A DNA stretch of 40,736 nt, taken from assembly GCA_003990765.1 (NCBI GenBank), contig RBNJ01000118.1:1-40736 (forward strand), given 5' to 3'. A program made the translations under genes and the position numbers. This stretch comes from Jimgerdemannia flammicorona. Taxonomy: Eukaryota. A model generated the notes under the pieces. The model was not told where the DNA came from. It saw only the letters and a list, made by a program, of their open reading frames with translations, and did no database searches. Positions 1-12,585 of the stretch are shown one piece after another (within the stretch, counting starts at the first letter, position 1; every line of letters begins with the position of its first letter).

Positions 1-2
1 GG

Positions 3-482
3 GTCGATTGCAATCCTATAGCGCTTTATTTCTCGAGAATACGTCATCAAGACAAGATCCATTCGAGCATGGCGGACGTGGAGGTCAATCGCCTTCAGTT
101 CGGCGATTTCATCATTTTGGCCCCTTTCCATCCAGCACTGGACTTCGTTGGGTACACTGTGAAAGGAACGCTAGTTCTTGGTCAGATCTCCATATCGAAA
201 TACTCTGGGACGGACCGACATTCGGTAGAGATCCTGTTCCAGAAGGGGAAATTGGGCACTCGGGATAACATAGCTGACTTCTACCTTCAGTGCGCCGGTC
301 TACCGCTACTCACTCGCAAAGATCGGGAAAGTAAGAAGTTTCCAAACCATGCATTATTTCTGTATATAACGACCTCAACTGATTATCTCTCTACCTCACA
401 ACATTGTGATGACGCAGTATTTGTGATCGATCGAAATGTATTAGTTAGATACTTTGGGTATCCAGAGGAACTGGTCAATTAA
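3..482 (+). CDS. 3' part of a probable host gene, open from the window edge; resembles Crinkler/RHS-type restriction-endonuclease-fold C-terminal domains
   Basis: The frame of the 69..482 ORF has no stop back to position 3. CpG is frequent here, unlike in the TE block. PFHPALDFVGY...LVLGQISISKYS...H fits the D-x(n)-Q-x-S/T pattern I recall for CRN/RHS REase domains; family call is from memory only. Confidence 0.5.
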   Translation, partial: VDCNPIALYFSRIRHQDKIHSSMADVEVNRLQFGDFIILAPFHPALDFVGYTVKGTLVLGQISISKYSGTDRHSVEILFQKGKLGTRDNIADFYLQCAGLPLLTRKDRESKKFPNHALFLYITTSTDYLSTSQHCDDAVFVIDRNVLVRYFGYPEELVN

Positions 483-899
483 GTAAACCGGAAGACGTAG
501 GTAAACTAGGCTAAGTGTAATATATACTAATGAAAACAAATTAGAGACACTCCGGAATATTTGTGGAATATATAAAAGAAGAGCTTTTAAGATTTTCTCT
601 TAAAGTGGGTGTTTTTTTATTTCTAATCTTTTTCTTTTAAATAAACTATATTTAAGTCAGATGATTATATATATTGTAACATAGTGGATGTGTAACTGGA
701 TAAGTACATTGAATTTCTGTATCTTGAAAACTTGATTCTCTTTGACTCTGCAGAGTCTTCAGGATGCAGGAGTGAGTAAGTTCAAAGTATAACTGCCTAC
801 AGGCTTACTAGTTCTCTTGTTTTCTCTTTGCTTTAAACTATTTTGATTTAAGGTTTATTTTCTTTAGATACCGGGGATATTTATATAAGTTTGCTAGCT

Positions 900-1377
900 G
901 AATATTGGGGAGTATTTGGGGGTATAGAGTAGGGGACCTGGTGTGTGGGGGTGGTAGGAGGATTTGAGAGACAGACTGGTGGGGGGGGTGAGAAAGGAAT
1001 GGCTCATGCTAGGCTGGGCTCTGGCCATTTGGATAGGGTTAGCCAGCCACTGGTTATTTGTTTTCAAGGATGAGAGGAGACTGGGCTTAGAGGTCTAGAT
1101 GTGACAGTGGCATAGCCTTATAGAGGACACCTTGATGGGCTGGTGGCTTGGTTGGGGGATGCAGGGGGGTTGGAGGCATCATTTGGTGGAGAAAATTTAT
1201 AGGCAGAGTGGGGGAAGGGTAGGAGTGGTTGGGGAGAAGGTGATCTTTACTTGAGTTAGAGTGAGGAGGGGTCCCCCTATGGAGATTGGGTAGTGGGAGG
1301 AAGACTGTATATTTAACAATAGACTGGTAATAAATGGCGGAGTCCAAGTGACTATAAAAAAAAAAAAAAAAAAAAAA
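900..1377 (+). mobile_element. Family A LINE copy A1, 5'-truncated (3' end only)
   Basis: Matches the 3' ends of A3/A4. AATAAA 1329-1334, terminal AGTCCAAGTGACTAT plus poly(A), 13-bp TSD AAGTTTGCTAGCT at 887-899 and 1378-1390. Confidence 0.93.
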
Positions 1378-1445
1378 AAGTTTGCTAGCTATAAGATAGC
1401 TAAGTTATGACTATGTTTTCTGTAAGTTATGCTTTATAAGTATTA

Positions 1446-1555
1446 AATTCTTTGATATCTGCTAAATCTTTAATGATTGTCTAAACTTTAACATCTGTAA
1501 GATCTTTAATATTTGCAAAGAGTTTAATATTTGCTAAAACTTTAATATTTGTAAA
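1446..1555. repeat. Degenerate ~18-bp tandem repeat, about 6 units, consensus near AAACTTTAATATTTGCTA
   Basis: Consecutive units such as AGATCTTTAATATTTGCA, AAGAGTTTAATATTTGCT and AAAACTTTAATATTTGTA. Confidence 0.75.
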
Positions 1556-2126
1556 ATATGATTGCTATTTATAAAGCTATATTATATTGGAGAATTAGAT
1601 TCAGATACTATAATTAAATATCTATTCCTCTAATTCATATTCCTAATTTGAATCAACTATCATAACTTCTTTCTAAATAAGTGATTTATTTCTAAAAGTA
1701 TCCTATTCATTTGAACTCCCAAGCTTCTACAATTTATATCTCTTTATACTATATAACTTGCATCATTATATACTTTCAATAATATCTCTTAATATATCAA
1801 AAGACTTTTGAGACTTTTCTATAAAAATGGGCTAGAGCTGGCTCATTATCTTTGAATAACTTATTAACTTATTTGGCAATTGTGATCTGAGTATGAGAGA
1901 GCTAGCACTCTCTAATCTAGTCTTCTATTCTCATCTCTGACTGTGAATTTAGTAGCTATCTCAACTTGAGTATATTTGAAACTCAGTTCTATTCTGATAG
2001 ATATTAAAGTACAAGATTTACAATAAGTGTATTTTTTATTTCCCATCCTTTCTCCAGTAACTTTCAGATTATACAATCTTCTAACAATACTCACAATATA
2101 GTTTTTAGACAAACAATACTAGTAAC

Positions 2127-4099
2127 ATAGTAAGTGACAAGTATTTCAAAGTGTATACTGGGCAGAGTGGTCCAAGTATATTTAATTAGTAGCATCTAGG
2201 GAGAGGCTTGGGCTTGGAGGGAAGTATGAGAGGCTTGCTAGTGGGTGGATAAAGAAGAAGAGAGAGCAGTATTAGAGAGTAGAGAATCAGAAGAGCAAGC
2301 TTTGCAGATAAGGTAAAGGAGAGATAGCTGGCAACTAAACTGGAGGGCTGGCTGAGAAAGAGCAAGGAAACAGTAAAGAATGTGGAGCAGTAGTAGCTGG
2401 GGGGAGCCTTACTAGAAAACCAGAGTAGGGGGGCTGGCAGTATAGTGACTGAGAGAGTGACTGCTGATGAGAGTGTAATAGGCAATCTGGAAAAAATCTA
2501 GATGAGACTGCTGATAGTAGACTAAGTTATAGGACAAGTATGAGGCCTAGTGATCTGACTGATAATGTAATGAGACTGGCAGCAGCCCCATTACTCAAGA
2601 AGTCAATTTCAGAGTTTGCAGTCACTTGGTGCTTCTGGGGCTTAGTGGAGATAGCAAAAATAGTCTTGGGGCTAATCACAAAGCAGATGAGTAGCATGGT
2701 ATCTGTTAAGTTTCTAAGAGGCCTAGAAGAGATGAAGGTAGGCATTGAGGAGACTGGGCCATTAGTGTGTGTCCCAATAGCATACTGCCTAAGATGGGAT
2801 CTCAGAGCAGTACAGCTCTTAGTGAAAAGAGTTCCTATGGTGACTGTAGTAAAGATAAGGAGGAGAGTAGAGAAAGTCATGGCTGAGTATAGGGAGGTGA
2901 TCAATATTAGATTCAGGGTGTGGGAAGGAATCTCCTTCTAGGCAGAAAATGGTGATATCCAGATTCAGTTGGTAAAAAGGAAGACTACTGGGAAGGCTCA
3001 GAACTGGCCTTCAGTGATAGTGTGGGGAGCCTTTATATATAAGGTGATGAGAGTGAAGAGGAGTGAGGAGGAGGAAGAGGACTTGTTGAAGATACTAAAG
3101 GAGTTGAGTAGTATAGTAGAGTGGAGGGTAAAGGCTTGGAAGGTATTTGGGGAGTCAAGATGCCTAAAGAAGATAGATAGAAAGTGGGTCTATGTCAATA
3201 AGGGGCTGAGAGAGATCCCAAGAAGAATGTAGGAGATAGAGAGAGTTGCTGGCAAAAATTGAGAAAGAGGCAAAGAGGAATGCTGGTAATAGTGAAGATA
3301 CTGGAGGTACCAAAGTGAGTATCTGGATCAGTGGAAGTAAAGGGAATGAGAAGGTGGATTGAGAGGAGACCAGGAAGATACTGAACAAACACCTGTATGA
3401 GGATGGTACTTTTGAAGTCTGGGAGGATATACCTCCCCCTCTTATCAGGTGGAGACCAGTTGCAAGAAGCCAGGTGATGGAGGATATACCAATGCATAGT
3501 ATCCAGAAAGTGCACTTCAGAGTTCCTAATATAGCAAAGGGGGGACTGATAGTGGTAGCTAGTGAAGAGAAATTGGTAGATGTCCTGGAGGGGGAGTGAG
3601 ATAAGTCTGTAAGTGCAGGGACCAATACCATGCTGGATAGAGGAAGACCAGAAACTCCAGAGAGGAAAGAGGTAGAGAACTTACTATGGATGTGCTGGAT
3701 AAAGAACAACTTAGTGGCTAAAGAGTTGGGGGAAGTGGACCTTAGAGTGATGAGTGATGAGCATTATATACAGATTCTATGAGGCAATGGAGTGATGGCA
3801 ACAATGAAGGTGGAAATATTTATAGTATACTGGAGAAGAAAGAGTATGAGGTAGATAATGAGAGAGAGGCCAAGCTGGCAGTTGTTGCTAGTGAGTGGAC
3901 CTCCTACTGTTAGACTAAGTGTCATAGATTGAATTTCTGGCAGGAGGTCTGCCAGAGTATCATAAATATTTTGAGAAAAAGGAGGATGGGGAGATGACTG
4001 AGTTATAGGTGAGATTAGAGGCTAAGAGGGCTGAAGAGGAGGAGGTGTCTGTGGATCACAATCTAAATATGGCACAGAAGATATTAAATATAAAGTAGT
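2127..4099 (+). pseudogene. A2 ORF1 (gag-like) remnant
   Basis: Start codon appears mutated to ATA (2127). SFADKV and PLLKKSISEFAVTWCFWGLV are shared with A3/A4. Many stops. Confidence 0.8.
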
Positions 4100-4132
4100 A
4101 GAGAATATACTTGATATTATACAATTTTTGTT

Positions 4133-7100
4133 ATAAATAGTATAACCAATATTGTTTCATTAAATGTGAATAGGCTATGGGGGTCTTTTTAGCAAAAGAA
4201 TATTTTCATTTAGCTGAAGAAATTGGAGACTGATCTCTTTCTTTTGTAGGATGTCAGATGGGAGGATAATTTAGATAGGCTGGAATAGACAAAGGAATAT
4301 TGAGGTAAGATAGTTTGGAAGGGTAAGATTGGAATTCTGGTTTGGAGAGATAGAGGGGAGATATGTAATATGAGGAGCTGAGGAGACAGATTTATTTCAA
4401 GAGAGTGGATATCAATAGGTTGAAAGCTGGTTACAGTGGATTCCTGCTCTTGTCCTACTGTATAGAGAGAGTATATAGATTGGATGAAGGGTATCCAGGA
4501 GGTGGGGCCCTTGCAGAGACTAGAGTGGATACATATGCTTGGTGGGGACTTCAATATGGTCAGGAATATACTGGTAGATAGAACTGATAGTGGGCAGGGG
4601 GCTGAGGGTAGGAGTGGAGGGCTGGAGGTATAGGAGGACATAGAAAAAATAAGTGCTCTGATGAATGGTAGCAGGGAGTTCTGGGATAATAGAGGGTATA
4701 CACAATTGGGTAGGTGGCCTTGGGATGAGGGTTGACTGGATTTTAATAGTGAGCTACTGGGGTTTGGAGGTTTGGAAGTCACTAGAGAAAGAGTGATATC
4801 TATAATCAAATCAATATAGGCTATTAGAGCAGAATCATTTTAGTGGAAGTGGAGATAAGTCTGGATATTGGTGCCTCAATTTCTCTTTATTAGATGACAA
4901 GCTGTTGTGGGATAAGTAGGCCAAGGATATTCAGCAGAAGGTGGAGGGCTGGATATAGAAAGGTATCTCAATTGGTACTCATGGATGAGGATAAAAGAGA
5001 CTGCTAGAGCCTACTAGTGTGAGGCTGGCAAGATGGCTAGTAGACAGAGAAGGAGAAGAGTAAGATGGACTTCTGCTAGACTGACTAGACTTCTGAAAGA
5101 TTGACTGGGTCTGGTGGTACAGGAGGGGGGGGAGGACTGGAGATTAACATGGTGAAAATAGGATTGGGGAATTATAACATGTGTTGTAAGAAGAGGAGAA
5201 GGCACAGGTGTAGAGTTTGGTGGTACAGCTACGTTAGCAGGGGCTGGAGGAAGGAGAGAGGCCTTCTAAGTATCTCACAAGGGCCCTTTGGACAAGGAGA
5301 GTAAAGCAGAGGTGAGAGGGGGTATTAGATTCTGATGGTCTGCTAATATATAGTATATAAGACATTCTCAGATCATTAAAGAAGAGATGGAGTGGATTAT
5401 AGAGTAAGAAGAAAGATGGGGCTGATACTGTCATTATTGATAATACTTTAGAAAATTGATACCGATCACAAGCAGAAGGGCTGGGTGGATTGGTATATCA
5501 GTATAGAAAGAGGACATTAATCAGATTCTTATCACAACTATGCTGGGCACAGCACCAGGGAAAGATGGTCTGCTCTGGGACTTCTGGAAGAAGATGGTGA
5601 GAGTTTCTGAGGTACTGGGAGAGCTGATGATACTGTTTAACTTAATACTACAGTCAGGGAGAGGGTTGGAGAGCAGGACCTAGAGTTAGTGTTACTGCTT
5701 TATTAGAATAAAAGAAGGAGGGAGGACTGGAAGAACTGTCAGCCAATTATGCTGCTGGATATGGACAGAAAGTTGGTTACTAAGATAGTGGTTACATGGT
5801 TGCAGAAGGTGGTCTAGTAAGTTTTAGGTATATAGCAGAGGGATAGGAGACTAACTTATTAGAAATGGCATGGCTTAGTATATAGTATTATTGAAGGAGT
5901 AAGAACCTGTGGACTGGATGGGTAACTGGTCTTTCTAGATCAGAAGAAGGTATATGACCAGGTTTGGCAGGTCTGATTAATAAAGGTATTGGATAGGATT
6001 GGTGAACCATACCAGTTTCAGTTAGTAATGATCAGTCTACTAGAAGAGAGTAGGACAACACTCATATGTAATAGACATAGAGGGGTTACATTCTCCCTAA
6101 GTAGAGGTATGTCTCAGAGAGATCTACTGTCTCCCATTATGTATGCTCTTTCTCTAGAGTCTTGGATAGGAAGGATTAGATGAAAGATAGTCAGACTCTT
6201 AGTTTTTGGAATTGGGTGAAAAGTTGGAGCCTTTGCAGACAATATAATAGTTGGCCTGAGATCAATTACTAATGTTGAGGAGCTCAGAGAGACAGTGGAG
6301 TAGTATGAGGTGCACTCTGGAGCTAGGCTCAATTGGTACAAGTGTGAAATAATAGTATTAAGCAATAGTCAGGTTGGAGGGAATATCATTGGAACAATTG
6401 TCCCTAGTATAAGCAGAGAGTTACAATCTGAGGGGAGGCCCAGCAGAGTTGGAGAGGACACCACTTATCTCTAGTAGTGCATATTTTGATTATAAACATC
6501 TCCTACTGTCAAAGCTATGATATTTGGCCTATTATCTAGACTTCTTAGTCTGAGTGGAGAATAGACTAATGAAATTGGCCAAAAGGTAGATCTGGGCTAG
6601 GAGAAGGAGTCAGATCAGCTGGGAGGTCTTGTCTTTATTAGTAGTAGAGTGGGCCTTGGGCTGGTTGATTTTCAAAGAGGCTATACTATCTGAGAGCATG
6701 GTGGCTGAAGAGAGTGATGGAGTTGAGAGAGAATAGCTAGGTTCCCCTGATACAAAAAGTCTGGAAGGTGAAGTTCTCACCAAAAGGCTCTACAGGAGAT
6801 CTATTGTTCTTGGTTGGGCTTTAGAACAATGAACTCATGCAGTATAAAGGCTTCATAGTAGATGGGATGTACTATATTGAAATTTGCTAACAGAGAAATA
6901 AAGGGAAGATGCCTTGAGATCTAGTAATATGGAGATGAGATTGAGTGTTTTTGGAGAGCATCCCCTTAGTTGATTTCATTAATAGTGATGGAATTGAGTT
7001 CCAGAGAGAGCCAGGACAGAATGTATGGCTCAGCAGATAGTAGCTAACAGATATTGAAGAAGAGTGAGATGGGAACAGAGTTTGGACCTGAGTGCTGAGA

Positions 7101-7620
7101 TAAGGTAGTAGATACCACTGAAGTATTGAGTGGTCTGGTTGTACATACTGCTGAGGAATATCATACTCAACTTCTGCTTAGGATATCTTATTAAGGGGAG
7201 AAGATTCAACTGTGAGGAGTGCTATAATATAGGACAGAAAGAGTAATTTGTGCAGATATCAGAACATTGGCTAGGAGATTATGAGGAACTTAGTAACTTT
7301 TGTTTAGTAGTTGGAGATAAATTATATATTATATATAGGGGGATAGTATATGGGATCAGTGGGTGGATTTGAGAGAAAGATTATTGTGAGGGGTGAGAAA
7401 GGAGTGGCTTACTTTAGGTTGAGTATTGATAGTTTGGGCAGAATTAGTAGGTCACTGGTTATTTGTTTTTGAGGAAGGAAGGAGCATGAGTTTGGGGTTA
7501 TAGCTGTTAAGATAGCAAGAGCTAATGGAGGACATTATGATGGGCTGGTAGCTTGGTTGAAGTTTGCAGGATGGCTGAAGACATCACTTGATGGAGAAAA
7601 CCTATAGGCAGAGTATAGGG
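4133..7620 (+). pseudogene. A2 ORF2 (APE endonuclease + reverse transcriptase + zinc knuckle) remnant
   Basis: (M)NSITNIVSLNVNRL from 4133, TTT GCA GAC AAT (FADN) at 6232-6243, CEEC...EHWLG near 7210-7280. Many stops and frameshifts. Confidence 0.88.
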
Positions 7621-8091
7621 AGAGTTAGAGTTAGGCTTCAAGTAAGAGTTTGTTTATAGTAAATAAGATAAGATATATTGGAGCAATAAATAGCAAAAAC
7701 TTCTAAGATAAGAAAAGGAAAAGTAGTCCAGGCTATTGTGAGACAAGAATACCTTAGCTAGGCTAGAATATAAAAAGCAAAAAGAGGCCAGTGAAGTAAA
7801 CAACTAGCTAAGAAAATCAAACAAAGACCATAGAGGTGACTACTCTATAGATGGGCTAAATAAATCATTTTGTTATAGCTGTAAAGAAAATAAATACAAA
7901 AGCAAAAAAAAAGAAAAGCTAAGATAGAATATTCAAATACCCAGCACCAACTATAGAAATAATATTGACACCTAAATGCCAAATAACTAACATGAGATAT
8001 ACATATAACTCAATGGGCACTCAACAATAAGGAAACCAATCAAGGTGAATAAGGAGAGAGAAAGAAATAAAGAAAATATATGATCACTCAA

Positions 8092-11000
8092 TTACTCAAG
8101 TATCTTCATAATCTCAGTTAAACAAAACCCAACTATAAGGTGGCCATCAGAATTATATATAGCATCAATAGTGTGGTAGGCTGTCTCATGATGAGCATGA
8201 AGAGGGTAGGTGTGAAGTTCTTCCTACCATTCATTATTAATAAACCAATTGAGCTATTCATTATGATCAGAATTATCTTAGAAAGTAGAATATAAACTAT
8301 TAAGAAGACTATACCTAAGGAGATAGTCATGATGAAACTTATCTTTACGGAGGCAGAAGAGCAAAATTGGCCAAAGTAGCCTTAATGCCAGGTAAGTACA
8401 GAATACACAAGCTGGGGGAGGAAGGTGAGGACATGATCAGCTCTTCTTGCCCATAAATAGCCTTTAGGAGTAATATACCAAATGAGGGCCTGAGAGGAGG
8501 AGGCCCATTTCTGCAATAGTAGGTTTCAGAGAAATAACTAGAGGAAGGAGCAGAGTAAGTGAGTCTTGCAGATCTAGAGACAGAGGTCTCAGTACCAGTT
8601 GAGGAAGTCAAGCCAATGCCAGAACTTATCAATAATAGAACCTGGAAGATATGTGACAAAGTACTTACTAAGAGGGCTGATGGAGTTGTTGCCAGACTTG
8701 CTATACCAATTTAGATAGACTTATAACATATAGTAGAGGTCCAACATACAATAAAGGAAGGAAGAGAGACCAAGAATCAAACTACCAAGCAGAGGCTGGC
8801 TAGAAAATCCAATTGCCCAAGTGACAGTATTATCAGTGACCTTCTCAGAATACTTCAATATATAAAGCTCCATAGTAGTAGCTGGACAGAAAGCTTATAG
8901 AAGTAGAAGGCCATACTCCAGCTGAGGCCTAATGAAGATATATATAATAGTCAGCTTAACTATTGGAGACCAGAGGGGACCATAGGTATGGCAGAACTCA
9001 AGAGTTCATTCTGTCTTTACTACATTCTGCACTGTAAGATTAACAAAGTCAAATCCTTTATTAATATATGGTATGCCCAGATATATTTAGGAGAGTGGTC
9101 AGGCAGGGCTCTCTCCTAATCAGGACAGTACAGTCAGCAGAGCCAACATAACTACACTTCTTGGGGTTGAGTTTCATACTATTCACTGAGAGCCAATCCT
9201 CACAAAAGTCAATCATTCTCTGTCCTTTTGCAGCAGTGTGGGGGGTGAGAGCAATATTGTCAGTAAAGAAAAACCCAAAAGAAAAGTCATACTCCATAAA
9301 CTACTCATCAAAGGAGGTGGTAAGGGGGTCAATGAATATATCAAAGAGGCAAAGAGAGAGGAGAGAGCTCTGGAAGAGACTATGCTCAGTGGGGACTAAG
9401 GGGTGACAAGGCTATTAACAATCATCTGATAGAAACAATGGTTAAACAGACTTTAGATAATACTAAGGAGAGCTGCATCAGCTCCTTGCACCTTAAGTTA
9501 GAAAAGAATAAGCTTGAGGAGGACTCTAACATATGTCTGCTAGAGGTCAAGAAAGACATGGCAGCCTCATCTCTTAGCTAATATCTTATATGAGAGCAAA
9601 ATATAGGAAAGTGACAAGAAGTGGGTTTGGAAGCTAGCTTGACAGTAAGACATTTCAGTCAGACTACTTCAGCTCTTGATATAATCTTCCAAGCACTACT
9701 CAAAGAGTCTACAAAATATCTTTATAAGTGTGATCTGATGAAACCTATCAATTGTCCAGGATTTCTCCTAATTGGAGAATGTGGAAATAATGGTAGAGTT
9801 CTAGTTGTAGGGAGTGAGCCCCCAGACCATGGCTTTCGACAGACTATGGAGAGTATCCTTCTTACCTGCCATCACCCAAAGGATCCCAACATATAAGAAG
9901 TCAGCTCTACAGGCCTTTGTGAGGGGGTACCTATAGATGGCCCTCTAAACTGCAGGCTGGTCAAACCAGAACTGCAGCCCAAGAGCTCCTACATCAAGAG
10001 AGAAGATGTCCTCAGAGTCATTAAGATGCAAGGAAGCCTTCAGCTAGCAGAAGATAGTGGTAAAATGAGCAATCATATCATCAAATATAGAGAAGTAAAA
10101 TTGAAAGAGAGTGGGGGAGATAGAGCAGTATACTCACTTAAAGCCATGGATGATATTGGAGATCAGCAATGTACTGTAAAGGAGGTCCTGCCATAGTAGT
10201 GGTGCTGCCCTGATTTCTCTAGCATTATATGAGCCCAGAATGTCCTCACAGACAGACTATAGACCAGAGGTCAAAAGGGAGTCAAGGAAATCCACAAACT
10301 ACTGGTAATCTTCCATAGGGTAAAAGCCAGTGATGTGGTCCCAGATGGAATATATGGACCTGACAATGATATTACAAATGATATCTACTAATTTCCAAAG
10401 ATGAGCTTGAATGACCAGATTGGTCAGATAATTTGCAGAGTAATAGTAGATACTAGACAAAGTAGTAACCAGTAAGGGAGAGAAGGAGAAGGAGAGAGTA
10501 AGAAGAGAGGGGTGGTTGGTGGCAACAGTGGTGGTATAGCAGGTGAGGGATACATGAAGGGATACAGTGATAAATACATGATCAATGTATATAAGACCGG
10601 CCACTGGAGTCAGGTGGTTTAATAACTACATAATCAGAGAGATATCAACAATATCCATTTTATTCCAAGGACTAGAGTTGATGTTATCAAGATAGATACT
10701 AAAGTAGATATTAATGTTACTGATCAAAAGAGCCTTAGTCAGGAAGGGACCAGATATAAGATTACAGAATCCACTAATAGGAAGAGAGGGGGGGACATAT
10801 ATCCTAAGTAAAGCCAGACCCTGAAACATGAGTTGGATATGGAAGAGATCAGTAGAAGATCTAAAAATAAGTAGTACCAAATAATTTAACATAAGGACTA
10901 TGAGACTACTATTCTGGTGACTTACAATTCTGTATAATGCTAGAAGAGAAGACGTATGAATGAGCAGAGAGGGATATAGTAGAATATGTCATATTCTATA

Positions 11001-11096
11001 TATGAAAAGAACATCAAGTGCAGGACAAATCAACTGACTGAGTATATTGAACTTATCCTGAGTTAGTCTATATACATTGAGAAACCTGACTCTCAT
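8092..11096 (-). pseudogene. B1 ORF2: APE + RT + C-terminal CxC..H..C knuckle, about 1000 codons
   Basis: Starts MRVRFLNVY (compare B3 VGFLNIHGL), then IYVPPS, YIDHVF, FFTDNIAL, MKLNPKKC; ends KILE-stop at 8092-8094. Confidence 0.85.
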
Positions 11097-12585
11097 TGTG
11101 GGCCAGGCATACTAGCACTAACAGCATGAGAAGCACCTGAGGAGAAAGTCTCAACTTTCAAATCCATCACCATCTCCCCTGTCATAGTAATAGTACCACC
11201 TGTCTTTGACCAATAGGGGGGTAAGAGAGGAGAAGTGAGGCCAAGTTCTACAGCCCATATCTTATAGAAGTTCAGCAACTCAGACCTCTTTACAGTAGCA
11301 TTGATAGCTAACCACTGGACCTGAGCATAGAATGATTAGAGGACCTATACCTTCACAACCTCTATGGCATTCTTGTTTCAGGGGAGTATAGGGTCCTAGG
11401 CTGAGAGCATCAAGAACCTGAGTACCTTCATCTTCTTTTGGAATACCATGATATTATTAGAGTGCAAAAGAAATTTAATAGTTAATACCAAAATGTATGA
11501 CATATTAAAGACCTTGGACAATATCACATAGATATTGTATAAGTTCTTCTAGATTGTCTCAATCTTAAGATGAGGAAATCAATCAATATAAATATACTGC
11601 AACCAGACACCTCTCTTAGATGGTGATAAATGAGAGGTTAGCTTGTGGGTTATATATAAAATTACTATAATAATGGCAGCTCTTTCCATCTCAGAATAAG
11701 CCTAGGTCCTATCCTTGATAAAAACCTTCTTATCAGTAGTGATATATAATTTAGAGAAGGTGAGAGTCAAAGCATGAGATGAAGATTGAGCAGTGGTACT
11801 GAGTCCCATAGGTGTAGCCTGAGATACTGATACAGGGGCCTTGCTTTTGCCCTTTTTAGAGAGTGCAGCTTTACTGGCCAAAGGTGCTGCTGTGAGAGTT
11901 ATCTCCTTTGATAGTATACCAGACTGTGATACAGTAGCTTTAGCAGCCTACTTATCTATTTAATTCTAGGCTTTAGATTACATATTTGTGGCAGGACTAG
12001 TAAGAGGGAGGGCTGAAGACTTGGGGGGAGTAGATATAGATAGGACAGTGGGGGTACTTTCCAAAGGAGTACTAGATGATATAGGAGTAGTGGGTACCAA
12101 TTATACAGTGAGTCATACTATTAGCTGAGTACTAATCTTAGCCAAATTGGTCACTTAAGTCAGCAGATCTGAGATCTGCTTCCTCATTATGGCTATCTTC
12201 ATAACCACATCAGAGTCAGCTGAGGGGACTATAGGATCAATAGTCAGATTCATTCCCAAACTAATATTTAGATAGCTATACTTATTCTGATTAATAGATA
12301 TAGGTATGGAAGAGAATATCAGACACTGGATATCATGGTCTAAATCAGAAGAGATTGTGATCTCTTCATCATCTTCTGTATCATGCAGAGAAGATAAATA
12401 TACCAATATTAGTCATATGTATATCTCCATATAATCTGCACATCACCATAAGATTATCCTTACTGAAGTTGAGGGAAAGGAGACCAATATCATAACATTT
12501 AGCTTAGTGGAGAGAATCACTGAAGTATATGAAGAGGTGGGTGGTATTTGAGTTATTGCTAATAATGGAAGAGGTGGCTGATATT
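11093..12585 (-). pseudogene. B1 ORF1 remnant
   Basis: Collinear with B3 ORF1: acidic DTEDDEEI segment, coiled-coil-like RKQISDLLT, Pro/Thr/Ser linker, ends PGPQ-stop. Start position approximate. Confidence 0.7.

Larger units (their letters stand above)
2048..7620 (+). mobile_element. Family A LINE copy A2, 5'-complete, heavily mutated, 3' end missing at the junction with B1
   Basis: Starts CTTTCTCCAGTAACTTTCAGATTATACAATC, matching the A4 5' end. ORF1 remnants, APE (SLNVNRL, GGDFN), RT (DQKKVYD, QRDLLSP, FADN). No poly(A); it stops about 140 bp before the A1-type terminus. Confidence 0.92.
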
